From Octopus sinensis (taxonomy: Eukaryota), in contig NC_043010.1 in NCBI RefSeq assembly GCF_006345805.1, positions 63,612,001 through 63,676,000 of the forward strand: 64,000 bases of DNA, read 5' to 3'. A program made the position numbers and the translations under genes. Positions within the stretch are counted from its first letter, which is position 1, and each line of letters begins with the position of its first letter. Shown piece by piece: positions 1-15,303 of this stretch. The notes under the pieces were generated by a model, which had not been told where the DNA came from, did not search any database, and was given only the letters and a program-made list of their open reading frames with translations.

Positions 1-3000
1 AGTGTTTGACAAGAACGGATGAGCCAGAGGGCTCCACCACATTTTATGTACGCTTTGGCATGGTTTCTGCAGCTGGGTGCCCTTCCAAACACCAAACACT
101 TAACAGGGTGTGGACTGGGTGCTTTTTATGTGGCACCAGCACTAGTGGGTCACCAAATACCCGCAAGATAAGAAAGACTCCTCAGATGAACAGAGTACAG
201 ACTGGAGAAAGAAACTGTGATAGAGGGAGAAGAACAGGAGCCTTGCTGAAGAGGTAAATACATGGCTTGCTCACCTGGAGGTCCAGGTACAACCTGAATA
301 AGACAGAATACAAAGTGCATGGAGTGAAACTAGTGTAACATATGATTAGAGGGATACACATCATTAACACTGCTTTTTTGTTTGTTTTACTATATTGGTT
401 TGATTTGTTTGGGACGTTTTAAGGCTGTATTTTGCAGCCATATACTTCCCTCGATGCTAAGTTTTTTTTTAGTCACCTCTTATGACATTTAGGGATATGG
501 TGTATCTTTCCTAAAAACCAGGACACACACGATACGAAAGTCTTCTTTATCAGACTGAGCTCCAATGCATGGGAGCTTATCCTAGTTTACAAAGTATTAA
601 ATATCAAAAAGGAGATGTCTTTCTCCCTGGATAGGACTTTATCCTAAAGTTTTATATATGAAAATATCTGAGCTCAGTTGTGCAGGTTAACAAAACACCA
701 ACGAAATAATGGCCTTCACCACATACAACAAGAGACTGTATGTCCAATTACACTGACTGCTCAAGCAATACATACACAATACAGGATTGCATGCTCCTGT
801 TTATGTCAGAAGTTCAATCTCAGTGTATGTCCCGTTATTCTTTGTCTCTTTGGTCTACTTACTAATGATTAGAACAATGTTATCGTCATCCCAGTGACTT
901 AGCTCAGCTACTTGCAACAGAGTTGACTCTGCTAAAGACACTCGAAAGCCAGGTGGTGGTGGTGGTGGTGGTGGTGCTCAGCCAGGCAACAGATGGAGTC
1001 TACCACCCCTAAACAGACTCAGTCCCTACCCCCAAGCTTCTACAGTTTCCATTTACCAAATTTTACTCCCAAGGCTTTGGTCAACCTGAAGCTACGGTAG
1101 AAGACACTCAACCACACACCCATGACTGTTGCTCTTCATTGTCTCTGGGCAGAACACTATATTCTACATTACCTCAGTTTACCTGGCTGTCAGGATCTAG
1201 GGCCCACTAGATCACATGGAAATGTTACCTTTGATAGACTGATATCATATCCAAGGAAAGATTTAATTTCCATCCTTTCTGTTGAGTCTCTGAGACAGCA
1301 TACTATATTCTACACTGTCTCAGTTCACATTATAGTCAGCACTAAGTACCAGATCATCTAGGAAATATTACTTGAGATAGAAATATATCTACTGAAACGG
1401 TGATTTAGTTCTCATATGCTTAACAGCAGAATTAAGTACTGCCAAGGAGCTAGGACGTATTTATTGCAAATGTTAATAGACTTCAATAAAGGACACAATA
1501 CAAGGTGGCAACAGGATATGTTATCAGTCTTTTCTAATGTATGTCCCTGCACCATTTCAAGTAAAACAGATTAGTAGACAACAACTGACATTAACTAGGA
1601 AATAAGAATGAAAATGTTTAAATAAAAATACGTGAAACTAAGGAAAGAATTGTTTACTGCTACATTGGGAGTTATGGCACACCTTCCAGTAGATAAACCT
1701 GTTTTTGATATCAGTGTACAGAAGACAAATGTCAAGACACATTTTATACTTCGTGAAACTGTTTAAATATTAAGGCACACCTTAGAGTAAATAAACCTAA
1801 TTATATGTCAAGATAGAGGTGTGTGATTCAAAAGTTTGATTTTCAGTTCCTTGGGTTTTTTTTTTTAATTCGATCTCACAATGCAGCATTTTGGACAAGT
1901 CTTTTCTATTATAGTCGCGAGTGAAATTTCATAGATGGAGACTGTATGGAAGCCTATTGAAGAGATTGCTCTTATTCTCAGTGATAGACTTCATTCAACA
2001 CACTCTTTAAAACTATCCACACAACTGATGGGTGGCTTTAACAGAGTTTGCTTGGAGGTGAGCCTAAGGATAAAACTTCCTCTCAGCAGTCACAGATGCC
2101 CTGGAAAGGAGTGTGGACACAGCCCTTCCTTCTCTGACGAAGTCATTAAAAAGTACATCTTACACCAGAGAAAAATATCAAGACATACCTCATAATAAAT
2201 AAAACTGTTTAAGCCAAAAGGTGAGTCATCTAAGTGCTTGCTGAACTTGCTAAAAATAGCAACCAAATCTTCAAATCACAAGCTCCTTTCTTAAGCTAGG
2301 CAAGACACATTTGCTAATTATAGTCCTTCTTTCTCTTCAAACAGTCATAACTAAAATGAACTTCACCATGCTGCACCACAAAAAGGTCCTTAATTTCATA
2401 TTGTGTCCCTGCCATCAATGTAATTGAGTGGTCTTTGTCCCCTATAGGGAGTGGAAGTGGAATTCTCCATCACAATAACATTCAATATGGCCTGGTGCTC
2501 AGGAGAACAGCAGTGGTCAGCAAAGCCTATCCCATGTTGAACCACAATAATAGAGATGAGTGGAACATGTCCATAAACCTCTTTTTTGGGGTCTCGTATT
2601 CATGAGAAATTTTGAGCTTTTCTAAGAAGCCTAGTTTAGTCTTAGATATATTTGAGAATAAGATAGACTGATCCTAACGAGAACACTAATTGTAGTTCAG
2701 CTCATTTAAAGCAGATCGGTGGAAATAATCATCAAAACTGTCTCAAAATCAAGCTGTGTAATGAAGTATGCACAGTGGAGCTGGGTTTCATTAAATGTAA
2801 GATACAATCCAGAGATACCAGATTAAATGCGCCACTCTTTAATATAGAAACATATGTGAGTCAGTGCAGAGGTTGTCAAACTGACAAATATCAGTGTACC
2901 ACTCCCTAGAAAAATATTGAATTTTTTTCTTCACACCTCTTTCTTAATGAAAAATCCAGTTGACAACCATATAAATCTTATTTTCTTCACCATGGTACTC

Positions 3001-3757
3001 AGTTTTACTAAATATAATAGTGTCCTTACTCCCTCTGCAAACCTAACTGCTCCCTACCCCCTTTATGAGAACACAGTCTGGGTTGTTGTTATTTAACCCT
3101 AGGTCAACTCTGATCAAGCAGACATAGGATCAAAGAGAGTTTTGCATGCTGATGAGGAAAATCGCATTCATTTTTTTGTCCAGAATTTAATTATAAAAAA
3201 TTACAAGCATACAAACATTTAAAATTATGTAATTTCAGCCAATTGAAAGCCTCTGCCTGAAATATCGAATGTCATGACTGTTTGTCCCCCACGCAAACAG
3301 CACAGCTGAAACCTTTACATCCTCTCTCGACCAGCTAAAATCAGTGACTAACCTACCTAGGACTATACTGAGGGTCCCCTTATCATTTTTGTTTTTTCAT
3401 ACGATGGTAGGATGTGATTAAGAGAGATGTGGCCGCTATTTTTAGCAATTTCAGTGACCACATAGTGGATCCCTTGTTGCCACATCCTGCCAGTGTGGGT
3501 AGTTGTAGTGTGACAGCTGGTATGAGGTATAATATAACAGTGAATGCATATTGTGTTCAGTGTGCTTTCAGAAAGTTGCATTCAATTTACCTGATCGTAA
3601 CTATCTTTGTATGAGACAGCATGATACAGCTGTGGAGTGCAAGGTGTACCTACTTAATCAATGTAGTGTAGAGAACATGGCTGCGTGGCTAGGAGTGTGA
3701 TTTGCAACCACATGATTCTAGGCTTGATCCCACTGTGAAGGACCTAAGGCATTTCCT

Positions 3758-4175
3758 TATTTCTTTATTGCCCACAAGGGGCCAGACACAGAGGGGACAA
3801 ACAAGGACAGACAAAGGGATTAAGTTGATTACATCGACCCCAGTGCGTAACTGGTTCTTAATTTATTGACCCTGAAAGGATGAAAGGCAAAATCGATCTC
3901 AGCGGAATTTGAACACAGAACATAACAGCAGACGAAATACCTATTTCTTTACTGCCCACAAGGGGCTAAACATAGTGGGGACAAACAAGGACAGACAAAT
4001 GGATCAAGTCGATTACATCGACCCCAGTGCGTAACTGGTTCTTAATTTATCGACCCTGAAAGGATGAAAGGCAAAGTCGACCTCGGCGGAATTTGAACTC
4101 AGAACATAACAGCAGACGAAATACCACTAAGCATTTCGCCCGACGTGCTAACGTTTCTGCCAGCTTGCCGCCTTG
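3758..4175 (-). mobile_element. tRNA-derived SINE family B, dimeric form, nested in an old family A copy
   Basis: Head GGCGGCAAGCTGGCAGAAACGTTAGC, B-box GAGTTCAAATTCC, central GCCTTTCATCCTTTCAGGGTCGATAAATTAAG; two units; flanking repeat GGCATTTCCT. Confidence 0.9.
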
Positions 4176-4869
4176 GGCATTTCCTATCAAAGTCTGATGC
4201 TGATCAATGCCTGTGTGTGTTTGTACATCAGAGTAAATAACTCAAGGTGGTTACATCACCAAAAGGAGGTAAACTCTCAGAGAGGGATGTTAACTCAATC
4301 GGTAAACTCAACAGACAGAAATGAATGTAATTAACATAATGGGTGTGAAACTAAGATCTGGGGTCAATATTATGACCAAGACCCTACAAAACAGTAAGAG
4401 AAGCATAAAAAATAACAGTTGGTAAAGCAATAACAAACTTTAGCACAGACATGGAAATGTTGTTAGAGATGAAAGAGGATGTCTTTGCGATGCAACTGAA
4501 GCAGTGATATGGTGTCTGATGGCAAGAATTGAAAACAAATTGCACCAGTTTATTTTGTCTTTGATTTAGGTATAATTTCAGAGGAAGAGGGGAGTTAGTC
4601 ACTCAACTTGACTGGTACTTTATTTTATCAACCCTGAAAGGATGAAAGGTAAAGTAGACCTTAGTGGTAATTGAACTGCTTCAACCAGATCCTCCTTCTT
4701 GGAACCCCTTACATCTGATCTGGTTATTTTCAGTGCAGAAAGCAGCCAAATCCCTATCATCTGTGAAGCTGCCTATTTTAACACATTTTACTACAATTTA
4801 CAGAATTAGTATATTTTTACTACTCTTGACTCTATAGCACTGCATATTTCATTTTTTTTTGTTTTGTAA

Positions 4870-5205
4870 TGGCACGGGTTACACAGGTCATCTCTAGCAT
4901 AGCCCTTGCTACTTGTGATCCTTTGTCACTTCCTTTGGGAGGCCCAACATCTTGAGATCAGCCTTTAACTATTACTTTCTACATCTTTTTCTTCAGCAAG
5001 TTCCTTTCACTCGGATTCTTGGCACTTCTTCACCCAACTATCATTCGTCTTATGCACCACAAATCCATTACCAGCACATTCTTCCTTCTTGTACACTATA
5101 TTGGACCATGTAATGTCAACCTTCTTTTCTCAGCCCGTCTCTCTTCTGCTGTTATCCATACTAACAATTCACACTCAACAGAACAGGCTCACCTCACTTC
5201 TTTCT
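4870..5205 (-). mobile_element. Highly decayed RTE-clade LINE 3' fragment
   Basis: Degenerate relative of 27180-27278 (shared GAGGCCCAAC); traces of VQE.R..W and V.GTC.R.R motifs with stops. Confidence 0.5.
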
Positions 5206-7369
5206 AACCTTGGCTTTCAATACCCAGTTGTGTCATATATATAACTAGAGGGGCAAAGTAATGAAGAAAGTGTTTGGCTGTTGGTGTTAAACTGAGCAAT
5301 GGGTTGTGTCTACCATCAAAGAAGAGGAATAGTCTCTTCAACAGGCTTCCACATGGATGTTAAAGGGTGATGACGATAATGGCGGTGAGCTAGCAGAAAC
5401 GTTAGCATGCCGGGCAAAATGCTTAGTGGTATTTCATCTGTCTTTACGTTCTGAGTTCAAATTCCGCCAAAGTTGACTTTGTCTTTCATCCTTTCAATGT
5501 CGATAAATTAAGTACCAGTTGCATACTGAGGTCAATCTAATTGACTGGTCCTCTGCCTAGCGTAGAAAAGGATGATGATGATGATGGCTTAATCTGAGGT
5601 TATGATAGAAGTTACTTGTCCAACATGGTGTGAAATGGGATTGAACTTTGAAATTCAGCTAATAGCTTAACCACTTTGATGCTCAGCTAATTTCTTAACC
5701 ACTTGGCCGTACTTGCATCTTGGCTGGACCTCATCACACAGAACAACTTGAAAACAAAAAGCATTTCTGAACTGCAAAAGTTTGAATAGAATGTGAGTGA
5801 TGTTTACTGGACCTGTAAACATAACAGGAAATGTCAGCCAGTACGTACGCGACTGTAGCTAAATACAGCAATTATTTCTCATATTAACACCAAGAAATAA
5901 TAATGTTAAGTAAATAATTTCAACCTCATGGTTAATTAATTAATTAATTACCATGTCATAATGCTACTACCACCATAATGTCTAAATAATACTAGTGTTG
6001 TTCTAGGGGCCAGCATAAGAGAAAGGGATTGCAAGACATCGAGCATGGCTCTTCAAAATGACTATTATGTATTTGTTAAGGTGGTGTGAGCTGGCAGAAT
6101 CATTAGGTTCTGAGTTCAAATTCCGCCATGGTTGACTTTGCCTTTCATCCTTTCAGTACTGGGGTCAATGTAATTGTTTTAGTCCTTCCTCCGAAACTGC
6201 TGGCCTTGTGCCAGAAATTCGAAAGCATTATTATCTATTTGTTGTTTAACAGCAATTCAATCATAATCAAGCAGACATTTCACAAAAAGGCATTCCAACC
6301 ACGGCCATTCTACCTGTTGTTTTCAGGTTCTTTTTTTTTTTTTAGTATGAAAGATTGTAATTCGAGGGAATTTATTTGCTATTTCTAGCTAATTTAGCGA
6401 CCATGCAGAACGTTCCTCCTTGACTCACAAAAGAGACAAACAATAAGGGAGTCATGACGCCTTGATGTTAACAATGTTGTGTTGTATAGGCCCAGGTCAG
6501 CCCTAAACATGCTGACAAATGATCAGACATTCCAGCCGTGAACATCTAGTTTTTTTCTTTTCTTTTTTTTTTATTATTCAGATTAGTATATCTTGAACTG
6601 GGGTCTGGGAAGCCCGAAGGCTGCTCCAGGCCAGTAGAAACACTGCCAGATCTGACTGGCCTGGTGCAGCCTTCGGGCTTCTCAGACCCCAGTTGAACCG
6701 TCCAACCCATGCTAGCATGGAAAGCGGACGTTAAACGATGATGATGATGATGATGAACCACATTATATAACGCATGCTTTCTTTAATGAAAACCGTTTGA
6801 GTGTGGTCTGAGGAAGATTTGTCTGCTATTTCCTGCAATTCGAGCAAGCCAGTAGAGGCTCCTTTATTGGCTCCATACACACACACGCGCGTCAACCGAA
6901 GTGGTATAATTTGACAATTGTAATCGGATACGAAGACGGTAGACAGTCTGAGGGAGGCGGGGGGTGCGTCGATCGCCAAGATGTTATCACAATACCAAGC
7001 TCTTCCGGGGTGGTAATTTCTCAACTATAAACAACAACAGACCAAAGCTACAGGTTATTTTTTTGTGGTGATGATGATGGTGGTGGTGGAGGTGTAAACG
7101 TAATCGTCTTGAGTGATTAGCTGTCACTTTCTTTATTGTTCTTTAGTCGCATGATCAGCTCTGTGATCAATAGCATTCCAGCCGTGACCATCCCGCCCTT
7201 TTTAGAGGTGAGGACTGCCTAATGTGTCTTTTCTTTATTTGAAAAAGAAGGGTATGATTTGAGTGAGATTTGGCTGCTATTTCTAGTAGCTCGAGCAACC
7301 ATATAGATTTTTCCCTTGTTGAGTTCGACTTATTTATGTTACTTATTTTATTTACACACACACACACAC

Positions 7370-7444
<75 letters not shown>

Positions 7445-7957
7445 CTGGTATTTAGCATATCATATAAGCATGAGGATAAGAGAAGGATTAACGGTCGTAA
7501 CGGATTAGCGAAGCCGGATAAAACGGATAAACACTTTAGATTTACACAGCAAGCAGTTATATTTAACTGGATCCTCAATTTAGGGGTCAATCGAGACCCC
7601 ACTATACGAAGCCATTTTTGGTATGTGTGTGTGTGTATGTGTGTCAGTGCACACACGCGCGCGCGATACTTTATTTCGCTGAAGAACCTTAACTCCCCCA
7701 CACCCGAAACAACAAAACACACCCCTTTCCGATGTATTGAGTGATTCACTGTAAAAACCCTATGCCTGTTGTTGTTTGGCCCCAGTTCAACCCCAAATCG
7801 CATACCTATAGTTAATCTCCTGTCCTTATTCTAGATAGTAGAGTATGATCTTAGGGAAATTTGCTATTTAAAATTTGGGGCCGAGAAACCGTATAGAAAC
7901 TCCCTCATTTCCGATATATATATATAGTTTGTGCAATGAATGCACTCGTAGGCATAT

Positions 7958-7967
7958 ATAAACGATT

Positions 7968-8021
<54 letters not shown>

Positions 8022-8251
8022 TATATATATATACATACATACATACACACACACACACATAGATAGATAAATAGATAGATAGATAGACAGAGAGAGATAC
8101 ACACGCAAAATATATATATATATATTGCGTGTGTATCTCTCTCTCTCTCTATTTATCTATCTATCTATGTGTGTGTGTGTGTGTATGTATGTATATATAT
8201 ATGTGTGAGTGTGTTTGTGCGTATATATATATATATAAAGTAATCGTTTAT
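7958..8251. repeat. Inverted duplication of a compound microsatellite centred on (TA)n
   Basis: ATAAACGATTACTTT-(TA)n-(CA)n-(GATA)n-GAGAGATACACACGCAA is mirrored by TTGCGTGTGTATCTCTC-(TATC)n-(TG)n-(TA)n-AAAGTAATCGTTTAT. Confidence 0.9.
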
Positions 8252-8669
8252 GATTCGTTACTTAGTAATGCTTATTCTTCACAAAGAGCTTTCTCTAAAC
8301 GCCGAAGTTATTTCATATTCTCAATCAGAAATGACTATTTTACTGAGATTGAAATAAAAAATTAAAAAAAAGTTACAATGTCTTTATTTAAAGGGAACCC
8401 CGCTCAAATGCAACAACAATCAGATGAGCTGAACAAAACAATTCTAAAATAAATTTTAAAATATGCTAAATTCTTTAATTATAACACTTTCTTTTAAACA
8501 CATATAGACCCTTGTGTATAACTTAAATCTCCCCGCTTGAATGTAGAGAAATCTACCGTATAGTAACAGGGTTTCTCTTGTTATATTTATAAGCATCCAT
8601 TATATGTATGTGTGTATAGTGAACATCTACAACCTGTTCATTTGTCTGTTGATGATCTAGGCCTATTGC

Positions 8670-9350
<681 letters not shown>

Positions 9351-11137
9351 AGCAATGTTTCACGACTAGACGGCAAGAGAGAAACAAACAAAGCGTCGCC
9401 CGCCTTATTTGATCGGATCGAAAAGAAGAAAAAAAAACAGTAAACGAAATGGGAGATTCAGACAAAACAAAGCCACCACCTCCATCACGTATTAAAGTTT
9501 GTAGCTTACAAGTTTTTTCCCTTTTGTTTCAATAATGTTGTTGCTTAGCTGTAGGCCAGTTTTAATCGAGCAGAACTTTGATGAAAAGCATTCCAGTCAT
9601 GCCCGTCCCGTCTCTCTGTAGGGTTTTTATAGAACATTAATGCGTCCTTTCCTTATAAACCAATGGAAGGATTTGATGTGAGGGAGATTTGGCTGCTATG
9701 CCAAGCACACCGATCTAATACTTTGTTGGCTGGCAATGGGGTTGGCAGACTCGTTCGAGCTTCGGACAAAATATCGTGTAGTATTTAGTATCTGTCCATT
9801 ACGGTGTGGGTTCAAATCTAGCTCTGATCAACATTACCTTTCATCCCTCCTTGGATCAATAAAATAACGTACCAGTCAAGTTGTCTGGGATCGATTTTAT
9901 ATTCGTATAAGGTATCCTAGATGTGAAATAGTCGTCTTTGTCTTTCACCCGTCCAGGGTAAAAAATATCAGTCAGGTAAGTAGTACCAGGGACAGTTTAT
10001 ACTCCTATAAAACATCCCAGAAGTCAACAGAATTAGACGACTAGTTGTTACAAGCCTGTCACACTGATCGGAATGATAAAGTGGTGTCTCCTTGTTGCAG
10101 TTGTTTACCTTTTCAGACTTGATGCACACAGGAATTCCTGAGGCGGAGCAAGTAGTTAGAAAGTAGATTCACACGCTGTCTGAACGCCCCTCTCTTATTT
10201 TTTTGCTACTCATCCATATACGACTGTATGTAAGTAAGTAAGTAAGTATGTAAACACACTAAATGCAAATGGTAGGATGAGAATTGTGATGCCGTGAAGA
10301 AGAGAAGCTGAACGTTTCGGACAGACCACTCATCAAACACAGAGAGAAGTGTTTACTAGCGTTAGCGAGTGAATAAAAGCGGAAGAAGTGAGAACAAGTA
10401 ATGGCCATGTCTATATATCTACATAGTCTTGCATCTCGCAGAACTATCGTTTTCAAATACATATATATATATCGATGCGGCTACAACTCTCATGTAGTTT
10501 CAAATACAGCAGCTTCTCTCTCTCTCTCTATATATATATATACATATAGATATATAAAGGTATTTTCAAAATTGTAACGTAAATGGATCTCCGTCGGGTT
10601 TCGATGCTGCTTTACATGTTCAGTTATTGTAACGAGAGGCCGAGTATTCCACAGTTACTTTATACACTCAACGTAATTCATGCGGGGTCCTTTTGAATTA
10701 CACTAGTGGCTCCCAGAATAATACATCCACCCGATTTCACTTACAAGGCTTGGGGGGAGGGGGGTCGACCCCCGTGTCATAACAAAAAAAAAAAAACACT
10801 TGCTCCAAATCCCCCACAGCGTAGGATCGAACCGCAAATCCATGACTACCAAGCCAAAGCAAATTTAACCACTCGGCCATGCCTGCGTCTCCCTCTTTCT
10901 CTCTCTCTCTATATATATATATAAATATATTCGTTTTCTACACACCAACCCTCTCGCTATATATACATATGTATCTCCATGCAGCTGCCTCTCCCTCCCT
11001 TGCTGTCTCCCTCTCCCTTGTCTGAGCGACTCTCAAGGGTGGGAGGAAGCATGGAAAGCAGAGTTTAGTACTTCACACAAACAGAATGGCCCACACTAAA
11101 GCACATACGAGTATTTACTTGTCGAAAGATCACAGAA

Positions 11138-11950
11138 ACTTACCTCCCAGTTTGATTTTTTCAGGCTTTAATCGAAGATGAAATTTTGAAATAGTAGAGC
11201 ACTAGACACTGTTAAGACTCACAGACAGACTGACGGTGTCGCCCGTTAATAAGTCCCTTAGTAAAAATATCTTGTTTGTTTCCCTCACACGTGGATTGCA
11301 TTTTTGGCAGTTCGTTTTCTGTACCGTTTTCAAATGCTCCGTCAAGAAATGATAGTTAGCTGGACTCTTTACTCTTTCCAATAGAAAACAACTAACAATT
11401 CCGGGCTAATTTCTCATTCTATTTCAGTAAATAAAACATTGATAACACAAACATTCCTTGTGGTATAAATTTGAAATGCAATATAGACAAACCGTCTTTG
11501 TTTGTCGGCAAATCCTTCAATGGTGTTACCTCCCCCTGAACCTAACACTTGACCTATCACTAACTTTTTTTTCTTTGTAAAAATCAGCTATTTTTTTTTT
11601 TTAATTATTCTCCTTTATGTTGTCCCGATCGATTTCCATTTCGTTTACTAGCTGGAGTCGAACGAGAAAAAAAAATAATAATAAAAGATACTCATAAAAT
11701 CGATCTATTGCTAAAATTAACACATTGAAAATTTGTGCAATTGGCAAGGGCGGGGAAGGTGGTGGAAATACGAGGACGGCAGCAGTAGTGGTGGTGGAGG
11801 AGGTGGTAAGAGTTATCAGTAGGGTTTTCCTTTATTTCTCAGCTGGCGGCTCCCTCTCTCTCTCGTTCTGTCTCCCTCTCTCTCTTTCTGTCTATCTCTC
11901 TCTCTCTCGTTCTGTCTCCATCTCTCTCTCTTGTTGGTCGTGGTGGTAAG
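11138..11950 (-). promoter_or_regulatory. Possible first exon/promoter of a gene running leftward out of the window
   Basis: Non-repetitive, relatively CpG-containing stretch ending in a consensus donor GGGAG|GTAAGT (minus strand, 11144/11143), with a (GA)n tract at 11855-11930. Confidence 0.3.
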
Positions 11951-12153
11951 CAGGGTTGCCTCTTTAATCCTCAACCACCCTCTTACTTCACAAATAACGA
12001 AGCGGAAATAAATTGTCTTAGAATTGAATGTTGATGGCTACTTTTAAAGATACTACACTTTCCATTCAGTCGAATATAGATACGCATGTATTTTATGCAT
12101 CTGTATTACACAAATACGATATATCTCTCTCTATATATAGTTTAATATCCATT

Positions 12154-12284
12154 GACTCGCACGCTCATTACTCAAGAGTTCACCTACACACACAGGCACG
12201 TGCCTATTCCTCAGACTTCCGTAAATCTATAGAATAGGCACGTGCTTGCGTGTCTAGGTAAACTCTGAGTAATCAGCGTGCGTC
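12154..12284. repeat. Fold-back element (~53-bp imperfect arms, ~22-nt loop), MITE-like
   Basis: 12154-12209 pairs with 12232-12284; each arm contains GCACGTGC. Confidence 0.85.
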
Positions 12285-12385
12285 TCATTAACTGTTAGGC
12301 TATAAAACAATTAAATACTCTATATAACGTATTGAATGCTCTTTTCTTTTTACACTTATCGACTTGTGTATGTATATATACGTTT

Positions 12386-12420
<35 letters not shown>

Positions 12421-12425
<5 letters not shown>

Positions 12426-12592
12426 GTGTGTGTGTATGCGTGGTTTTATATATATATATATATATATATAGTGTGTTTATGCGTGGTTTTATATATATAT
12501 TTGTATATATATAGTGTGTGTGTATGCGTGGTTTTATATATATGTATATATATATATAGTGTGGTGTGTATGCGTGGTTTTATATATATATT

Positions 12593-12651
<59 letters not shown>

Positions 12652-12700
12652 TATAGTGTGTGTGTGTGTATGCGTGGTTTTATATATATATATATTTGTG
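12421..12700. repeat. Minisatellite, ~5 units of TATAGTGTGTGTGTATGCGTGGTTT(TA)n
   Basis: ATGCGTGGTTTTATA recurs five times with variable TA/TG lengths. Confidence 0.9.
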
Positions 12701-12971
12701 TGTATATATATATATATACACACGTGTGTGTATGTATAGTGACACACACTTAAATGGATGAGCCTTCCTATCTGAAATGTCCGAACTTACTTCCATACAT
12801 AATACTATCTTATCTTATTTCACAAATTTTGTTGCACGAAAGCGCATTTGTGCATGTGTGTGTGTGTGTGTGTGTGTGTACATTAGCTTATGTATATTAA
12901 TGTATGCATGTATGTATACATACATACATATCTAAATGCGCGCTAATCTCTCGTGTGTATATTTTACATTC

Positions 12972-13006
<35 letters not shown>

Positions 13007-13111
13007 GCATGCCTACAGATTAGTATGTATAATAATGTATCTATAAATGCATGCAAATAATAAACACTAATTATATATACATATATATTTGCATATTATA
13101 TACATATGCAC

Positions 13112-13179
<68 letters not shown>

Positions 13180-13208
13180 ATACGCGTATCTATATTTATG
13201 TATGTATG

Positions 13209-13239
<31 letters not shown>

Positions 13240-13924
13240 CAAATACACGTATATATGTATGTGTGTATAGAATGAATATTCGCAAGGATGAGAATACACA
13301 ATTTCTTTAATCCTTGTCCTCCCCTCCCCGCCATTTCTTCAACACTCACCCTATATTACGGAAGTATGTAATGGCTTGACAATTCCCCATTATATTCATC
13401 ACTTTAAGCACACACACACTCACACGCACACACACACTCACACGCACACACACTCACACGCACACACACACGCACATCATATTACATATACACTTCACTA
13501 CACATCCATCCCTAAATGTACACACACAGTTTATATGGCTTCCAGTTATATATACACACATCAGCATACATTGATGCTCAAGTATTTCATTCATGAGTGT
13601 ATGTGTGGTGTGTGTGCATGTGTGCGCGTATGTACATATAGATATATATATATGTGTGTGTGTGTGAGTTCACACACCGCTCGTGTGCTAAAGCGAATAC
13701 ATAGATACACACATATATATACATACATACGTACATGCACACACACACACACACATATAATACAATACATGTGCATAGATGTATGCTCAAAAATATACAT
13801 ATACAAAAAATATTACCGCACACACACACACAGACACACATATAATCATATTGATTACAATATATTTGTGTGTCTGTGTGCATATATATATATATGTGTG
13901 TACACATACATACACACACAGAGG

Positions 13925-13926
13925 TG

Positions 13927-13980
<54 letters not shown>

Positions 13981-14052
13981 AATAGAAATAGATAGATAGA
14001 TAGACAGACAGACGACAGACAGACAGACAGACAGATAGATAGACAGATAGAC

Positions 14053-14083
<31 letters not shown>

Positions 14084-14090
14084 AATATAA

Positions 14091-14135
<45 letters not shown>

Positions 14136-14144
14136 TAGATAGAC

Positions 14145-14183
<39 letters not shown>

Positions 14184-14206
14184 AATATAGATAGATAGAA
14201 ATATAT

Positions 14207-14256
<50 letters not shown>
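13925..14256. repeat. (GATA)n/(GACA)n tetranucleotide array
   Basis: Direct reading. Confidence 0.95.
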
Positions 14257-14260
<4 letters not shown>

Positions 14261-14815
14261 CAAATACATATAAAATAAAACGCTCATTCTCAACATAGAT
14301 GATTACACATACATACCCATAGATGGAAGTGAAACGGTTTTACACAAACATGCGTGCATAAATACACACACAAAATACATATGCATAAGTGTGCTTGTCT
14401 GTGTGTGTGTGTGAGTGTGTGCGCGCGTGTGTGTAGGTGCGAGCCGAAAAGGACCTCTCTGTGGTAAGGAAGCTGCTAGAAACAGTAGCCAAATCCTCCT
14501 CAGATCACGCCTACCCGACCACTTTGTTTTTAAAAGGGCGCATTTGACAATGTAAACCGGCCTGACCCAAAAAGCCGAATGGTTACGGTTTTGATTATAG
14601 GTCTACTGTTTTAGGGCTGACCTGGGACTAAAACTACAACAACCACACCAGCTGCTGTTTACACTCCGATATACAATACAAAGATGTCAAATAAACATAA
14701 AAATGCAATGCAACTTATACAAACATATATATATATAGTATAATTACAAACACATAGGTACACGAACACAAATACGATTATTACATAAACACATATATAT
14801 CTATATATATATATA

Positions 14816-14972
14816 GGCGCAGGAGCTTACCAACCACATGGTTCCGGGTTCAGTCCCACTGCGTGGCACCTTGAGCAAGTGTCTTCTACTATAGCCTCGG
14901 GCCGACCAAAGTCTTGTGAGTAGATTTGGTAGACGGAAACTGAAAGAAGCCCCTCGTATATATGTCTATGTG

Positions 14973-15004
<32 letters not shown>

Positions 15005-15226
15005 CGTGCGTTTGTGTGTCTGTTTGTCCCCCAACATCACTTGACAACCGATGCTGGTGTGTTTACGTCCCAGTGACTTAGCGGTTCGGCAAAAGACACC
15101 GATAGAATAACTACAAGGCTTACAAAGAATAAGTCCTGGGGTCGATTTGCTCGACTAAAGGCGGTGCTCCAGCATGGCCCTAGTCAAATGACTGAAACAA
15201 GTAAAAGAGTGAAGAGAGTATGTATA

Positions 15227-15303
<77 letters not shown>

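Noticed and set aside
3144-3278. CTGATGAGG...CCTGAAA...GTC possible hammerhead on the plus strand
   Set aside because: Stem II is only 2-3 bp, and stems I and III cannot be formed in register with a UH cleavage site.
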